Below are positions 13,579 through 62,700 of a stretch of DNA of 64,000 nt, in pieces. The position numbers and the translations under genes are program-made. The stretch is from the NCBI GenBank assembly GCA_044892525.1, contig CM097885.1, forward strand, positions 21,826,001 to 21,890,000. The letters run 5' to 3'. Every line of letters starts with the position of its first letter. Position 1 is the stretch's first letter. The notes beneath the pieces were generated by a model. The model searched no databases. It saw only the letters and a list, made by a program, of their open reading frames with translations, and was not told the DNA's origin. This stretch comes from Schmidtea polychroa (Eukaryota).

Positions 13579-14365
13579 GAATAAATAGAATATATATTGA
13601 ATAAATAAATTATATATTGAATAAATAAATTATATATTGAATAAATAAATAGATTATATATTGAATAAATAGATTATATAGTGAATAAGTAAATTATATA
13701 TTGAATAAATAGATTATATATTGAATAAGTAAATTATATATTGAATAAATAAATAGATTATATATTGAATAAATAGATTAGATATTGAATAAATATATTA
13801 TATATTGAATAAATAAATTATATATTGAATAAATAAATAGATTATATATTGAATAAATAGATTAGATATTGAATAAATAAATAGATTAGATATTGAATAA
13901 ATAAATAGATTATATATTGAATAAATAGATTATATATTGAATAAATAGATTATATATTGAATAAGTAAATTATATATTGAATAAATAGATTATATATTGA
14001 ATAAGTAAATTATATATTGAATAAGTAAATTATATATTGAATAAATAGATTATATATTGAATAAATAGATTATATATTGAATAAATAAATTATATATTGA
14101 ATAGATAAATTATATATTGAATAAATAAATTATATATTGAATAAATAAATTAGATGTTGAATAAATAGATTATATATTGAATAATTAGATTATATATTGA
14201 ATAAATAGATTATATATTGAATAAATAAATCATACAATGAATAAATAGAATATATATTGAATAATTAGATTATATATTGAATAAATATATTATATATATT
14301 AAATAAATAAATCATACAATGAATAAATAGAATATATATTGAATAAATAGTATATTGAATACATT
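13579..14365. repeat. ~20-bp AT-rich minisatellite (GAATAAATAGATTATATATT)
   Basis: Dozens of tandem copies with small variants are directly visible. Confidence 0.95.
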
Positions 14366-14735
14366 ATATTAATTAAAATTATATTAAAACGAAAAGATAT
14401 AAAGATATCTTTAGACTAAAATTCATAGAAACCCAAATTATTTTATTATTATTGTAAAACAAATATAGAGGTTACTTTAAACCGCATTTAATAGTATGTT
14501 TAGACAAAGATAAATTTCGAGTAGACGGATTGAGGAATATATTTTTAAATATTGAAAAAAATCAAGATCAAGGAATAAGTCATTCGGTACCATGACGCCC
14601 CAGAAGTAGGTTAATTTTTTTATTGGGAAAAGGTGGGGTGGGGCGGGTGGGACTACAGATTACACTAAATATTCTAAAAATTGAAAAATAATAAACAACA
14701 AAAGTATTTTATTTCAATTATAATCGAAAGTAACA

Positions 14736-50561
<35,826 letters not shown>

Positions 50562-52039
50562 TTGAATAAAAACTATAACATATAGATAAAATGTTTAGAA
50601 ATATTATAATAAAAAAATAATCATTAAAATAATCGGTGAATCATTTATTTAATACATTTATTTTAAGTAGATAACTGTTATTAATTTATTTTCATAAAAA
50701 ATTAATTCGTTTAAAGATTTTAAATTATTTGACTTTGAGAATATTTAAACGCGAACTAAATCTAATATAAAGTGAAATACATCAGTATAGACCAAATTTT
50801 TACAATTAAAAAAGTTTGGTTGTAAGTATTGAAATAATTACATTTATTTGATGAAAATCTTGAATTTTGGAAATGTACTTTATCCGAATATTTTTAATAT
50901 TTTCCCGAAAAAAATGGTACAAATATTAATGTATATTTAAAGAAAAATTTATTCTATTTGTTGTCATAGAATATTAGACTTTTTCAGAGATGAAAATTTT
51001 AAGAGGTCACTAGAATTGCACTTGTGCGGCTACATAACGTCGAGTTAACTTTATACTATCGGTTAATTTAACTTTTGTTTGACTAAAACTTAGAAAATAG
51101 ATACATACCGCCATACCAAATCGATTTCAAATATACAATAATACATTAAATAAAACAAAGTATACTGAAACACTTAGAGGTTCAATGAAAACGAAAAAAA
51201 TCAATTATGAATTAGGATAATGCAAACACCAATATAACCATTATGAAAAGTTTATCAGTTTTCGGACGGAATTAATTTATTTTTTAGCAAAAAAAGATTT
51301 TTTAATATACGGATGCCCGATATCATGGTATGATTTTTTTTTAATTTCATGGCCAGCAAAGTTGGCCTACCTTCCGCAAACGGTTAAGATTATTTAAACA
51401 CGAAATAAATCTGGTTCAAAGTAAAATACATTAATGTATAGACCAAATTAAATAGTGTTTTGTAATTTTTATAGTTCAAAAAGTTTTGCTTACGTTTTGA
51501 AATAATTTCATAATTTGATAAATATCCACAATAGAAACGGTCGTACAAAGCCGGCACCAGTCCTTAACCTCCAAGTTGTGTATATATAGGAATATGTCTT
51601 CGCTAATGGTGAGTATGTGAGTATTACAGCGCATGTGAATGTGGATATATGTTTAAATTTGCTCCAATACAATGACACCGGCCATTTAAATGATTTTATA
51701 TTTTCTGTTTGGTGCCCTATTATCAAGAACGACTATGGGACTGTTTCCAAGATGCTATAGAATTCTTGAGAGTCAAATATGATGACTTGAAAGAATGTCA
51801 TCTGAAAATGGAAGGTATCTGGTTCCGATCGGACAGGAAAAAGAAGGCTAAACCAACGATCGAGAGACTGAAGCGGAGGATCGATATCCAGGACATAAAG
51901 CTCGGAAGGGTGAGCTTGGCTAATTGACGTCTGACCGAGAACTTGACCAAGTACTCTCTCAGGGTGAATATAGCTAATGAAATCTGTCCGGGAAAATTTT
52001 CGGCCTCTCGCGGGTCCGGCAACCATTATTAACATCGGC

Positions 52040-53410
52040 GAAATCCAACTTCCTCCATCACTGGTACTTTACCCACGCCATTGCTCCATTTATTTTGACT
52101 ATTACCTATGTCAATATTTCCTGGAATGTACTTGGTGCTGCAGCAAATACGAAAGGCATTCTATTGAAGCAGTATTGCCCTTTCTTTGTTGAAAGGGCTA
52201 TTTTCTCTTGTGGTTCCGACTGTATCTGTTTCCTGTCGGTCTTCGTTTCTCTATCGTTTGCTGTAACTCGACTTTGTATAACATTCTTCAGATCTATGAC
52301 CATTTCTGTTCCATCTTTTATACTGTGTTTCTTAACATAATCTTCTTATATGACCTTCTTTCCCACAACCAAAACATCTTGGCACTTTTTTATCTGGACA
52401 ATCTCTACTTATATGTTCGCTTCTGTGACTTCTTACTGTACAGTCTATTTTCGTGTGGCCTATTTTGTGGCATAGCCAGAACATTGGTTCTTCTCGTCGC
52501 CTGCCTTTGACTCTTTCATCTTTCTGCTTGTACTGTCTTATGCTCTGTGGATCCTGATAAACCACTCTTGTGTCACTTTTCATAGCGTTTATCTGATCAC
52601 TTTGTTTCTTCACCTTATCCATGAGAATTAATGTTTATTTTTCTCCTCTGTGCTTTTTATCTTTTGCAATATTACTTCTTTCTCAAATTCTTTATTCTCA
52701 GCACATACTATCAACGTCTTTGTCGTTAATTTCGTTTTGGTGAATTCTTTATTCTCGAACAACCTGTCGAAAAGTTCCTCCACTTTTTAAAAATATGTTT
52801 CAATCTCTTCGCCTCTTCTTTTATAATTCAATAAACTTTCCATATCCCTTACTAATCAAATGCCGTTCGTAACCTAGCTTGAAATCCTTCTGCTTTTTTA
52901 AGTGTTTTTGCATATTTCTCCAATAGATCCTCGTTGATCATACATGCAGTTAATCTTTCCAGTTATTTTTTATTTAGCATCGAAATAAATCTCGCATCTT
53001 CTAATGAACTTTTCCAAGTCATCACCTTGACAAAACACCTTTGACAACAATCTTTCCGTGATGGCGTCGGTGTTCACCGCTGCCACCATATTAGGATTCT
53101 CATTCGTTAACACATTAATATCTGTCTGCAAATCACTTAATAATTCCATAAATTTTATTTAATAAATTATACACTCAAAACTTATCTTCTCTTTTGTTTC
53201 TTATTTAAACAAATTTCAATCTTTCTTTTAAAATATTCTTCGATAAAAATATTTTTAAAATTTAACAAAATTTCTAATTAAAACTTTTAGAATCTTTCAT
53301 CTTCATAACTTCTATCGATACAAACATGACCATACTTCTTCTGTTGTGCTATTAGAACTCAAAGATTCTCCACTGCCTTTATCATCAAGAGACAAATTCT
53401 GATACCATAA
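52040..53410 (-). mobile_element. Gypsy LTR retrotransposon remnant (probable LTR, PBS, gag zinc knuckles, RT fragment)
   Basis: CHKIGHTKIDC and CFGCGKEGHIRRLC knuckles, GQYCFNRMPF...APSTFQ RT fragment, and PBS-like TGGTGGCAGCGGT (reverse complement at ~53076-53088). Confidence 0.8.
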
Positions 53411-53499
53411 AGTAGGACATCCATTTTTGTTGACGAGCTAAACTTGTTATAAATTTTTATGACTATTGAGTCAATATCAATTTTCAGTTGAGTTGCGGC

Positions 53500-54300
53500 T
53501 TCTTTCGCCGTGTTGTTTAAAATATGACTATTATATCAAATCGGAATAATTTCAGAATTAGCATTTTTTAATTCCGTAAAAACACTGATTTCCCCCGAAA
53601 TTCACAGCTTCATTGTCCGCATATTTAAATTGTTGCATTCCAATTTATTATTTATAGAATTTGCAATGTCAACTGAATAACACCAACTATATAGTGAATA
53701 AAAAGACAGCAGAAAATTTTGTATACCTTTTCTTTGGTAAAATATCGCAAGACACTAAGAAAATTTTTAACATTTCTTTTATTCGAAGCATCGGTACACA
53801 CAAAAATGGAATATCACCTTTCAACGGTTCTAAAATTCGTTTATTCAATTCCGGGGCCAAAAAATTACAAACAATTTTGGATATTTTGGTTCTTGCACAA
53901 TTGTACTTTTTTGCTATATTCGAATCAGAAAACAACCCCGAAAATATTGAACCAGCAGAATCGCTGGATAAAAAGCTGTGTGTATGCATGATCCTATGGC
54001 AAGTTCTTCTTTGCTGCAATTTTTACAATATAACGTAGTCAATTTTTTGAATTTCCCAATGCGGCTATATTGAATTGATGACCTATCGTTTTAATGTGCC
54101 TTTAAATGTCATTTTCACAACCACGTTATATAGAATTTTTTTAATTAGTACACAATGAACCAAAATTGTGATGATTACCACATTGCCAAATCCCTTTATA
54201 TGATTTTGTCCTTTTCTGATTGAATTTTACTGTATACTTCACCTTTTTTCATATCTCCTCTGTGTTCGTCAATATCAAATCGGAATCAGACATTTTTGTT
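53500..54300 (-). pseudogene. Decayed hAT-like transposase fragment
   Basis: HSFLSSDS...LFSDSNIAKKYNCARTKISKIVCNFLAP. Confidence 0.6.
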
Positions 54301-55913
54301 GTATAATTAGTACGTTTTATTAAAAAACGAAAATCATTACTAAATTCAATATTAATATATTAAGGTTTTGTAGCTTATGCTTACTTTATATATGATGTAG
54401 TTTTTATTTATATTAATTGACGATATTATATATTGAGCTTCTAATTGTATCACTTTATTTATTTAATATTTTGTTACTTTGCGACCATTTTAATTGATTT
54501 AGCTTCTTGGAATACATCAGTAGGTAAATTTAGAAGTCGGAACAATACGTATAGGCAAAACACAATGCGCAAAATGTTAAGTGATGCCAATTGCTGGAAA
54601 AACTTTAGAAAACGAGAGGAGTGGCAATTCTGTATTAGCAAGGGCCAGGGACTTATTGGGACTTGAAATAAATCTTCAACATTTCAATAACGGGATGTTA
54701 ATTATGAAGATTAACTGACGCCAGAGACAGTGTTATCATGGGAAATCGTGCCTACTGATAAACGAACGCTTAGGAAAATATATGCTGATCAAAAACTCCA
54801 GCTTACTAAAGCGTAATCTCGCGCGGACACACCATTTACAAGTAACGAACGATCTGAAACCGATAATACGTTTATCAACGAAAGGCAGTAAAAAAAACTC
54901 AGTAAAAGAAGGCGACAATAGATGGAATTAATCAACGATGCATGAACATCTTTATAAATTAGTGATTTTTAGACACTAATTTTAGTAAATAGTTCGTGTT
55001 ATGGAGTCAATTCAGGCCTTTACTTTGTCTAATGTAATATAGTAATGAATAAATGTATTTTATACTGTGATTGGTCTATGTATCTGTTAAATAGAGTTTT
55101 GTGACAGTGAAATGGATTTTGAAAGTAAATGATTTCTCGGCTTCATAATTAGATAGTAAGTGCATATATTCGATAATTCGAGCTACTCGTGTTGGGCCAG
55201 AAGACCGATAATTAAAAATAATTAAATTAATTAAAGGAAATTGAGAAATCTCTGTTATAGTAGTTACAGAACCTTAAACGTAAGAAGTTAATCAAAAATA
55301 ACTAACCAAACATTAAATAAACCAAATAAAAAACAAAATACTTATTGCAAAAAGTAAAAGTAAAGTATTATAGTCAAATAGAATTATCGGGCGATTTATT
55401 TTTCACCTAGAAATGCTAGAATGTATTAAAAACATGAAAAAATCAAAAAAAAATTTGTCGATAATATTTACAAATTTTTTCTCTTTAAAAGAATTCTATA
55501 TTCATAGAAAAAGTTGTTTGAAAATTTTAAATCCTTTGACCTTTTACATGAATTGGCAATTCCCATTTGAGTAATTCAGCTTTTATTTCCTTTTTTCCAC
55601 TCCGAGAAATCGACTGAAATAATTAATTAATCATTTTGTTATTGATTTTCTTTCCATTAATTTATACGATAATTTCTTGATAGCAACAAAAATTAAATTT
55701 TAAATAATCAATAGATTATAAAATAAGTTTAAGTTTTATTATATGAGAATTTTCGATTATGAATTAATCCTTTTTAATATATGACTGGAATGCTCGTTCT
55801 AATAATTTACCTTTATTATAAAATTCCAAAATTCCATGTTTATTTTTATTCTTTTTATTTTGATTTCTAATTGGTTTAATTCAAAAAATAGAGTAAATCA
55901 TTATTTTAATTTA

Positions 55914-55955
<42 letters not shown>

Positions 55956-55981
55956 GGTAGTTAGTAGCCCGCTGCAACAAT

Positions 55982-56042
<61 letters not shown>

Positions 56043-56150
56043 TAATAATAATAATAATAATAATAAAATAATTAATAAATAATAATAATAACTAATAAAT
56101 AAAATAATAATTATAATAATATAATTAATAAATAAAATAATAATAATAAC

Positions 56151-56199
<49 letters not shown>

Positions 56200-56269
56200 T
56201 TAGTAATAATAAATAATATTAAATAATAATATAATTAATAAATAAAATAATAATAACAATAATAATAAC

Positions 56270-56315
<46 letters not shown>

Positions 56316-57112
56316 TAATTAAAAAATAAAATAGTAGATATAAATATTGACATTTCCTTACTGCATGCGAATAATGCTTCCTCACTGAACAATACTTGGT
56401 TGTCTAACTTGTCTTTTTCCTTTTTTTAAATTGTGTCTCTTAATCCAAGTTGTTTTTCACTTTTATAGCCTGCAATCTAATGTCACTTACAGATAATTTT
56501 TTCTTCCGCCAGCATATTCTCTTCAATATTCCCACTTCTTCTATTGTCTTTGAAAGATGTCGAGATATGCAATTTTAAGATGTGTTATTTTCCGCCTTTT
56601 TCGGTGATCCATTTTTTTATTTCAGTTAATTTGTTTTTCCTTCCTCGATTTGTGGTATTTCATTGTTTGGTTTTATTGATTTTTTGGAATTTATCCATTT
56701 ATTCCACCCTTTACTCCTGTTTCATAGAATTCTAGAACAATATAATCTCTTTTTATACATTTTTCCTCCACTCCTTTTGCTCACGTTAGTAATTATTCAA
56801 TTTTATCACTTAGATATACTCAACAAAAGCATATTCTATTGCCTCGTATTTTTACTTAGAAATTCTTGAAGCTTTAGTGCATTTTCTTCTGACATGGTTA
56901 TTCTTCTTACATATGCGCTTATTTAGATTTATTTCGACAAGATTTCTTTTTCCTTAACCATAACGACACACACACAGTTAGAACCATAAGACAACTGAAA
57001 AGTTTAAGACAAATTTTAAATTAAAATTATTAATTTTTTGACGAAATAATTTCAAAAATAGAATAAAAAATATTTGAATTCAAAAAATAGAATGAAATGT
57101 TGATGTTATATA

Positions 57113-57194
<82 letters not shown>

Positions 57195-57314
57195 GGTAGT
57201 TAGTAGCCCGCTGCAACAATTACCCCCGCCGGGGGGGGGGGGGGGGGGGGTTGTTGCACGATTTTTTTTGTTGCGCGATTTTTTTTTGTTGCAACTTTTT
57301 ATTACGCAATTGTT

Positions 57315-57860
57315 CCACACTATAGTGAGGGGGTCTCGATGGTCCTGGGATTTTCAATACAAATAAAATTTTTTCAATACAAAAACGATGGTCCTGGGAT
57401 TTTCAATACAAAAAAAAATTTTCAATACAAAAACGATGGTCCTGGGATTTTCAATACAAAAAATTTTTTTCTATACAAAAATCCGACTACCAATAAAAAA
57501 GCATGGAATTTTCACACTATAGTGAGGGGGTCTCGATGGTCCTGGGATTTTCAATACAAAAATCCGACTACCACTAAAAAAGCATGGAATTTTCACACTA
57601 TAGTGAGGGGGTCTCGATGGTCCTGGGATTTTCAATACAAAAAAAAATTTTCAATACAAAAACGATGGTCCTGGGATTTTCAATACAAAAAATTTTTTTC
57701 TATACAAAAATCCGACTACCAATAAAAAAGCATGGAATTTTCACACTATAGTGAGGGGGTCTCGATGGTCCTGGGATTTTCAATACAAAAAAAATTTTTC
57801 AATACAAAAATCCGACTACCACTAAAAAAGCCAAGGATTTTTCAGACTATAGTGAGGTGA
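57315..57860. repeat. Complex tandem array (CACACTATAGTGAGGGGGTCTCGATGGTCCTGGGATTTTCAATACAAAAA subunits)
   Basis: Directly visible higher-order repeat. Confidence 0.9.
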
Positions 57861-57904
57861 GTCTCCTTGGTCCTGAGAAATAGGTGGTCTACACTAAAAA
57901 CGTG

Positions 57905-59639
57905 GTAAATTTTTCAATTAAAGTAAATTATGGTCCTAAAAAATTAAATTACAGTAAATTATGGTCAAAATTTTTGAATTACAGTAAATTATGGGTCAAA
58001 AAATTAAATTAAAGTAAATAATGGTCCAAATTTTTCAATTAAAGTAAATAATGGTTCTAAAAAATTAAATTAAAGTAAATAAAGGTCAAAAATTTTGAAT
58101 TAGAGTAAATTATGGTCCAAATTTTTCAATTACAGTAAATAATGGTTCTAAAAATTAAATTACAGTAAATTATGGTTCTAAAAATTAAATTAAAGTAAAT
58201 TATGGTTCTAAAAATTAAATTAAAGTTAATTAAGGTCCAAATTTTAAAATTAAGTAATCAATGGTAAAAAATTTTAAATAAGTAAATTAAAGTAAGAATT
58301 TTTAAATTAAGTAATCAATGGTAAAAAATTTTAAATAAGTAAATTAAAGTAAATTAAAGTAAGATTTTAAAATTTATTAACAAAAGTTGAAATAATAGAA
58401 GGTGTTTGAGAATTGAAATTTTTTAATGAAAATTTTTATGAAATAATTTTTAAGTAATTTTTAATAGAAATTTTAATGAAATATTTTTCAATGGTAATTT
58501 TTAATGGAAATTTTTATGGAATAATTTTTTAAGTAATTTTTAATGGAAATTTTTATGAAATATTTTTCAATGATAATTTTAGATGGAAATTTTTAAGATA
58601 ATTTTTAATGAAAATTTTTATGAAATATTTTTCAAAGACAAATTTTAATAATAATTCAACAACAAACCAACAACTTAGTACCAACAACCAGTAACTTACG
58701 AACATGTATTAACAACCAGATACCTACAACTAGTTACTAACAACTAGTTACATGATACTAAGTAAATACAACCACCTAACAAGTACTAACAACCAAAAAC
58801 AAGCAACCAACCAGGTACCAGTTACCAACTACTAAGTACCTACAACCAACTAGTTACCTGATACCAAGTACTTACAACTAAATACTAACAACCAGTTACC
58901 TGATACCAAGTACATACAACCAACATCAACCAGGTACTAAGCATTAATTACCAACTACTAAGTACCTACAACCTACAACTAGATACCAAGTACTATCAAC
59001 CAAAAACAACCAACCAACTAGGTACTAGATACCAAGTACTAACAACCAACAACAACCAGGTACTAAGCATTATCAACCAACTAGGTACCAGATACCAAGT
59101 ACTAACAACCGCCAACAACCAGATACCTACAACTAGTTACTAACAACTAACTACCACCTACCAAGTACTAACAACCAGTTACCAACTACTAAGCATTAAT
59201 TATCTATAACTAGTTACTTACAACATGATACCAAGTACATACAACCAACATCAACCAGGTACTAAGCATTATCAACCAAGTACTAACAACCAAGTACAAG
59301 ATACCTAGTACTGTCAACTAGATACCAAACACTTACAACCAGATGACCACATGAAATTATTGGTTAAATATGAAAATAAGGGTTATAATTAGTTGTTTAG
59401 TAAATTATGGTGTAAAATTAAGAAATAAAGAATAATTAGGTAAATTAAAGTTAAAAATTTTAAATAAGTAAATTAAGGTTCAAAATTTAAAATTAAGTAT
59501 CCAATGGTTCAAATTTTAAATTAAAGCTAAATGAGTAAATTAAAGTAAGATTTTTAAATTTATTATCAAAAGATTGAATAACCACCAACTTTTTTGAGAA
59601 ATGTAATTTATAATGAAAATTTAAATGGAAATTTTAATG

Positions 59640-59640
<1 letters not shown>
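57905..59640. repeat. Successive minisatellites (~30-bp AGTAAATTATGGT unit; TTTTTAATGGAAA unit; A/C-rich ACCAAGTACTAACAACC unit)
   Basis: Directly visible degenerate tandem arrays. Confidence 0.85.
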
Positions 59641-59716
<76 letters not shown>

Positions 59717-62700
59717 TTAATAATAATTATAATAATAATTAAACAGTTACCAACAATCGGTTACTGATTATTTTTAACTAGGTGCTAACAAATACTTTCA
59801 ACATGATACCACGTACTAACTAACTCTCAAACAACCACATACTTACAACTAACTACTTACACTCAACTAAATATTCTTCATTGTACTTTATGAAATGCTT
59901 TTTAAATTAATTTTTTATCTATCTTCAAAAATATATTTAATTACAATCAGTAGAAAAACCTTTTCAAATTTAACAAAAAATGTTGATTTTCATCAAAAAA
60001 CCACAACTCAACCACTTTAAAACACCACGTGAAATTCAAAATAATTTAAATTACAATGAAAGACTAATGAATTCTAATTTACAAAACATTCTTCTTTTAA
60101 TTGATTACTACTGACTTATTATTGCAAAGTAAAAATCGCATTCAATAAATATTTATTGTTGATCAGTTTTATTATATATACTCTTAGTCTATCCGACAGG
60201 ATGTTTTGACCCCCTAAGGGTACAGGTCGTAAGGGTACTGGTCGTATGGGTATTAGTCGTAAGGGTACTGGTCGTAAGGGTACTGGTCGTAAAGGTACTA
60301 GTCGTAGGGGTATTGGTAACACTCAACCACAACCTACCCATTAACTAGCTACTAAGTACTAACCACTAGGTTTCAAACAACAACTACTAACAACCACCAT
60401 CAAAACCCATCGAGAAATTAACAAATATCAACCTAAAACTATATAACAACAATCAGTAAACAACACTGTACCAACTACCAAATACAAAATATTCTTCATC
60501 GCATACACTATTTTCTTATCAAAATCTAAAAAGTCAACCAACTACTTACAACCAACAACTATGTACTAACAAATTGATCTTTAAAAGCAAATACTCTTCA
60601 CTTGAAAAATTGGATGAAAAATTATTTGAACTCAAGGCATCAATAACTAGGTAAAAATTGATTAAATTATTGTAAAAAATATAAATTATTCGAAATAAAT
60701 ATCATAAAAATTTAATTAATGGACAAGAAAAAAAATTCTAATCATCCAGTAAATAAAATAAAATACTGATCATTCAAGTTGAATCAACTAAGTTAATAAA
60801 TTAATAAGATAAAATCTAGTAGATAATTGATTTAGATTGAATAAATTAATTGAAATAAAATTAATTTTAATTATTTTTGTAAAAGTAATATATGTACTCA
60901 AATTGATTGACTGATTTCTCAATATATTCAAAAAATCAGTATAAATTCATTACAAATATTGGATGAAAAATTAATTGAACTCAAGACATCAATAACTTGG
61001 TAAAAATTGATTAAATAATTGTAAAAATTTAAAATTTTCAAAATAAATGTCATAAAAATGTAATTAATGGACAAGAAAGAACTTTAAATTCTAGTCATTG
61101 ATCATTCAAGTTAATATGAATCAACTAAGATAATAAATTAATTGAAATAAAATTAATTTTAATTATTTTTTTAAAAGTAATACATGTACTCAAATTGATT
61201 GACTGATTTCTCAATATATTCAAAAAATCAGTATAAATTCATTACAATTATCAAAGTCAGCAATCTACAATAAAAAAAACTTTTAAAACAAATGCGGGGA
61301 TGTTTTAAGTGAATAATTAATCAAAATCGGTGGAATATAAGTAGAAAATCGGGGGGTGAGGGTTATAAGTGAATAACTAATGGAAAATCGGTGGAAAATA
61401 TAGGGATTAAATAGTGGAGAATAATAGTGAATATAAGTGAGGAGGATATATAATTTAAGCTAGTATATTACATAACAAGCCGTGACTAGTTTATTACATA
61501 ACAAGCCGCGACTATTTTATTACATAACAAGCTGTGATTGGTATTTTACCAACATTTTACTATTACTATTACTAGGTAAAATTTTTTTTTCAATAATTTT
61601 CTAAGAATATTTACTCATTGATGAACTTTTAAAACCTAAGCTAAGAAACCAACTTTATCAATGACTTTAAATTTACTTGATAATTATTGTAGGATATACA
61701 GAAATTTAGTTTGCTGTTATTGCTTGAAAATGATTGGCTGAATCGATGAAGAATTATGATCAACCAATATATATCATCTCTAGTATTTGATGGTAAATAT
61801 TTGTAGAAAATATTGGTTTTTGATCTTTTAGTGAACTCTTACTACATAGCTACTAAATTATTTCAATGGAAGAATATTTGGTGTCTATAACAATTAAGTC
61901 ATATTTTTGAAGTTCTTTAAAGATTTTAAGACTGAATTGAATTAAAGGAGGATTCAAGTGGGTAGAATTGAAGGATATATTCGGTTAGATGTTTAAAGGG
62001 GTAGAAATATTTGGTGAGAGATCGGTTAAGATGGGATATTGTTGGTTAAATTTAATGAGGGATGGGTTAAGATGGGAATATATGATCTTTTGAGGGGATA
62101 TAGTCGGTTAGATTTAATGAGAGATCGGATAAGGTAGGAATATATCATTGTAAGGGAGATATAGTCGATTGAATTTAATGAAGGATGGGTTAAGATGGGA
62201 ATATAGTCGGTTAAATTTAATGAGACATGGGTTAAGATGGGAATATATGATTTTTTTAATGGTGATGTTGGTAAAATATCATTGTTTTAAGGGAAATGTC
62301 AATTAGTCAGTTATGTATCAATAATAATTATATTGTTTTATTAGGTTGTGATTAATTCATTGTATATTAATTTAGATTTATGTTTTAGAACAATGTTCTA
62401 TTAAGTAGGGATAATGATCGATTTACTTGGTTTTGACGATGAAAACTTTACAGATAAATGGGATTGATATCAACTTTAAATTATTTTTATCTTTATTTAG
62501 ACGGACAACGACAAAAGTTGAGAAATATGGACTTAAAACATTGACTAAATAAAATTGATCTTTATTGGAAGAAATCTTGATTTTAATTAGTAATTAAATC
62601 GGTTGAATATTGGTAAAAATGATCATTTGAAGAAATATATTTTATTGAATGGATAAATTTAATCTTTCAATGGGACCTAGTCAGTTATGTTGTAGTAATA

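Noticed and set aside
54696..55268. Possible solo LTR (TG...CA with AATAAA)
   Set aside because: I could not find a matching target-site duplication or a second copy in the window.
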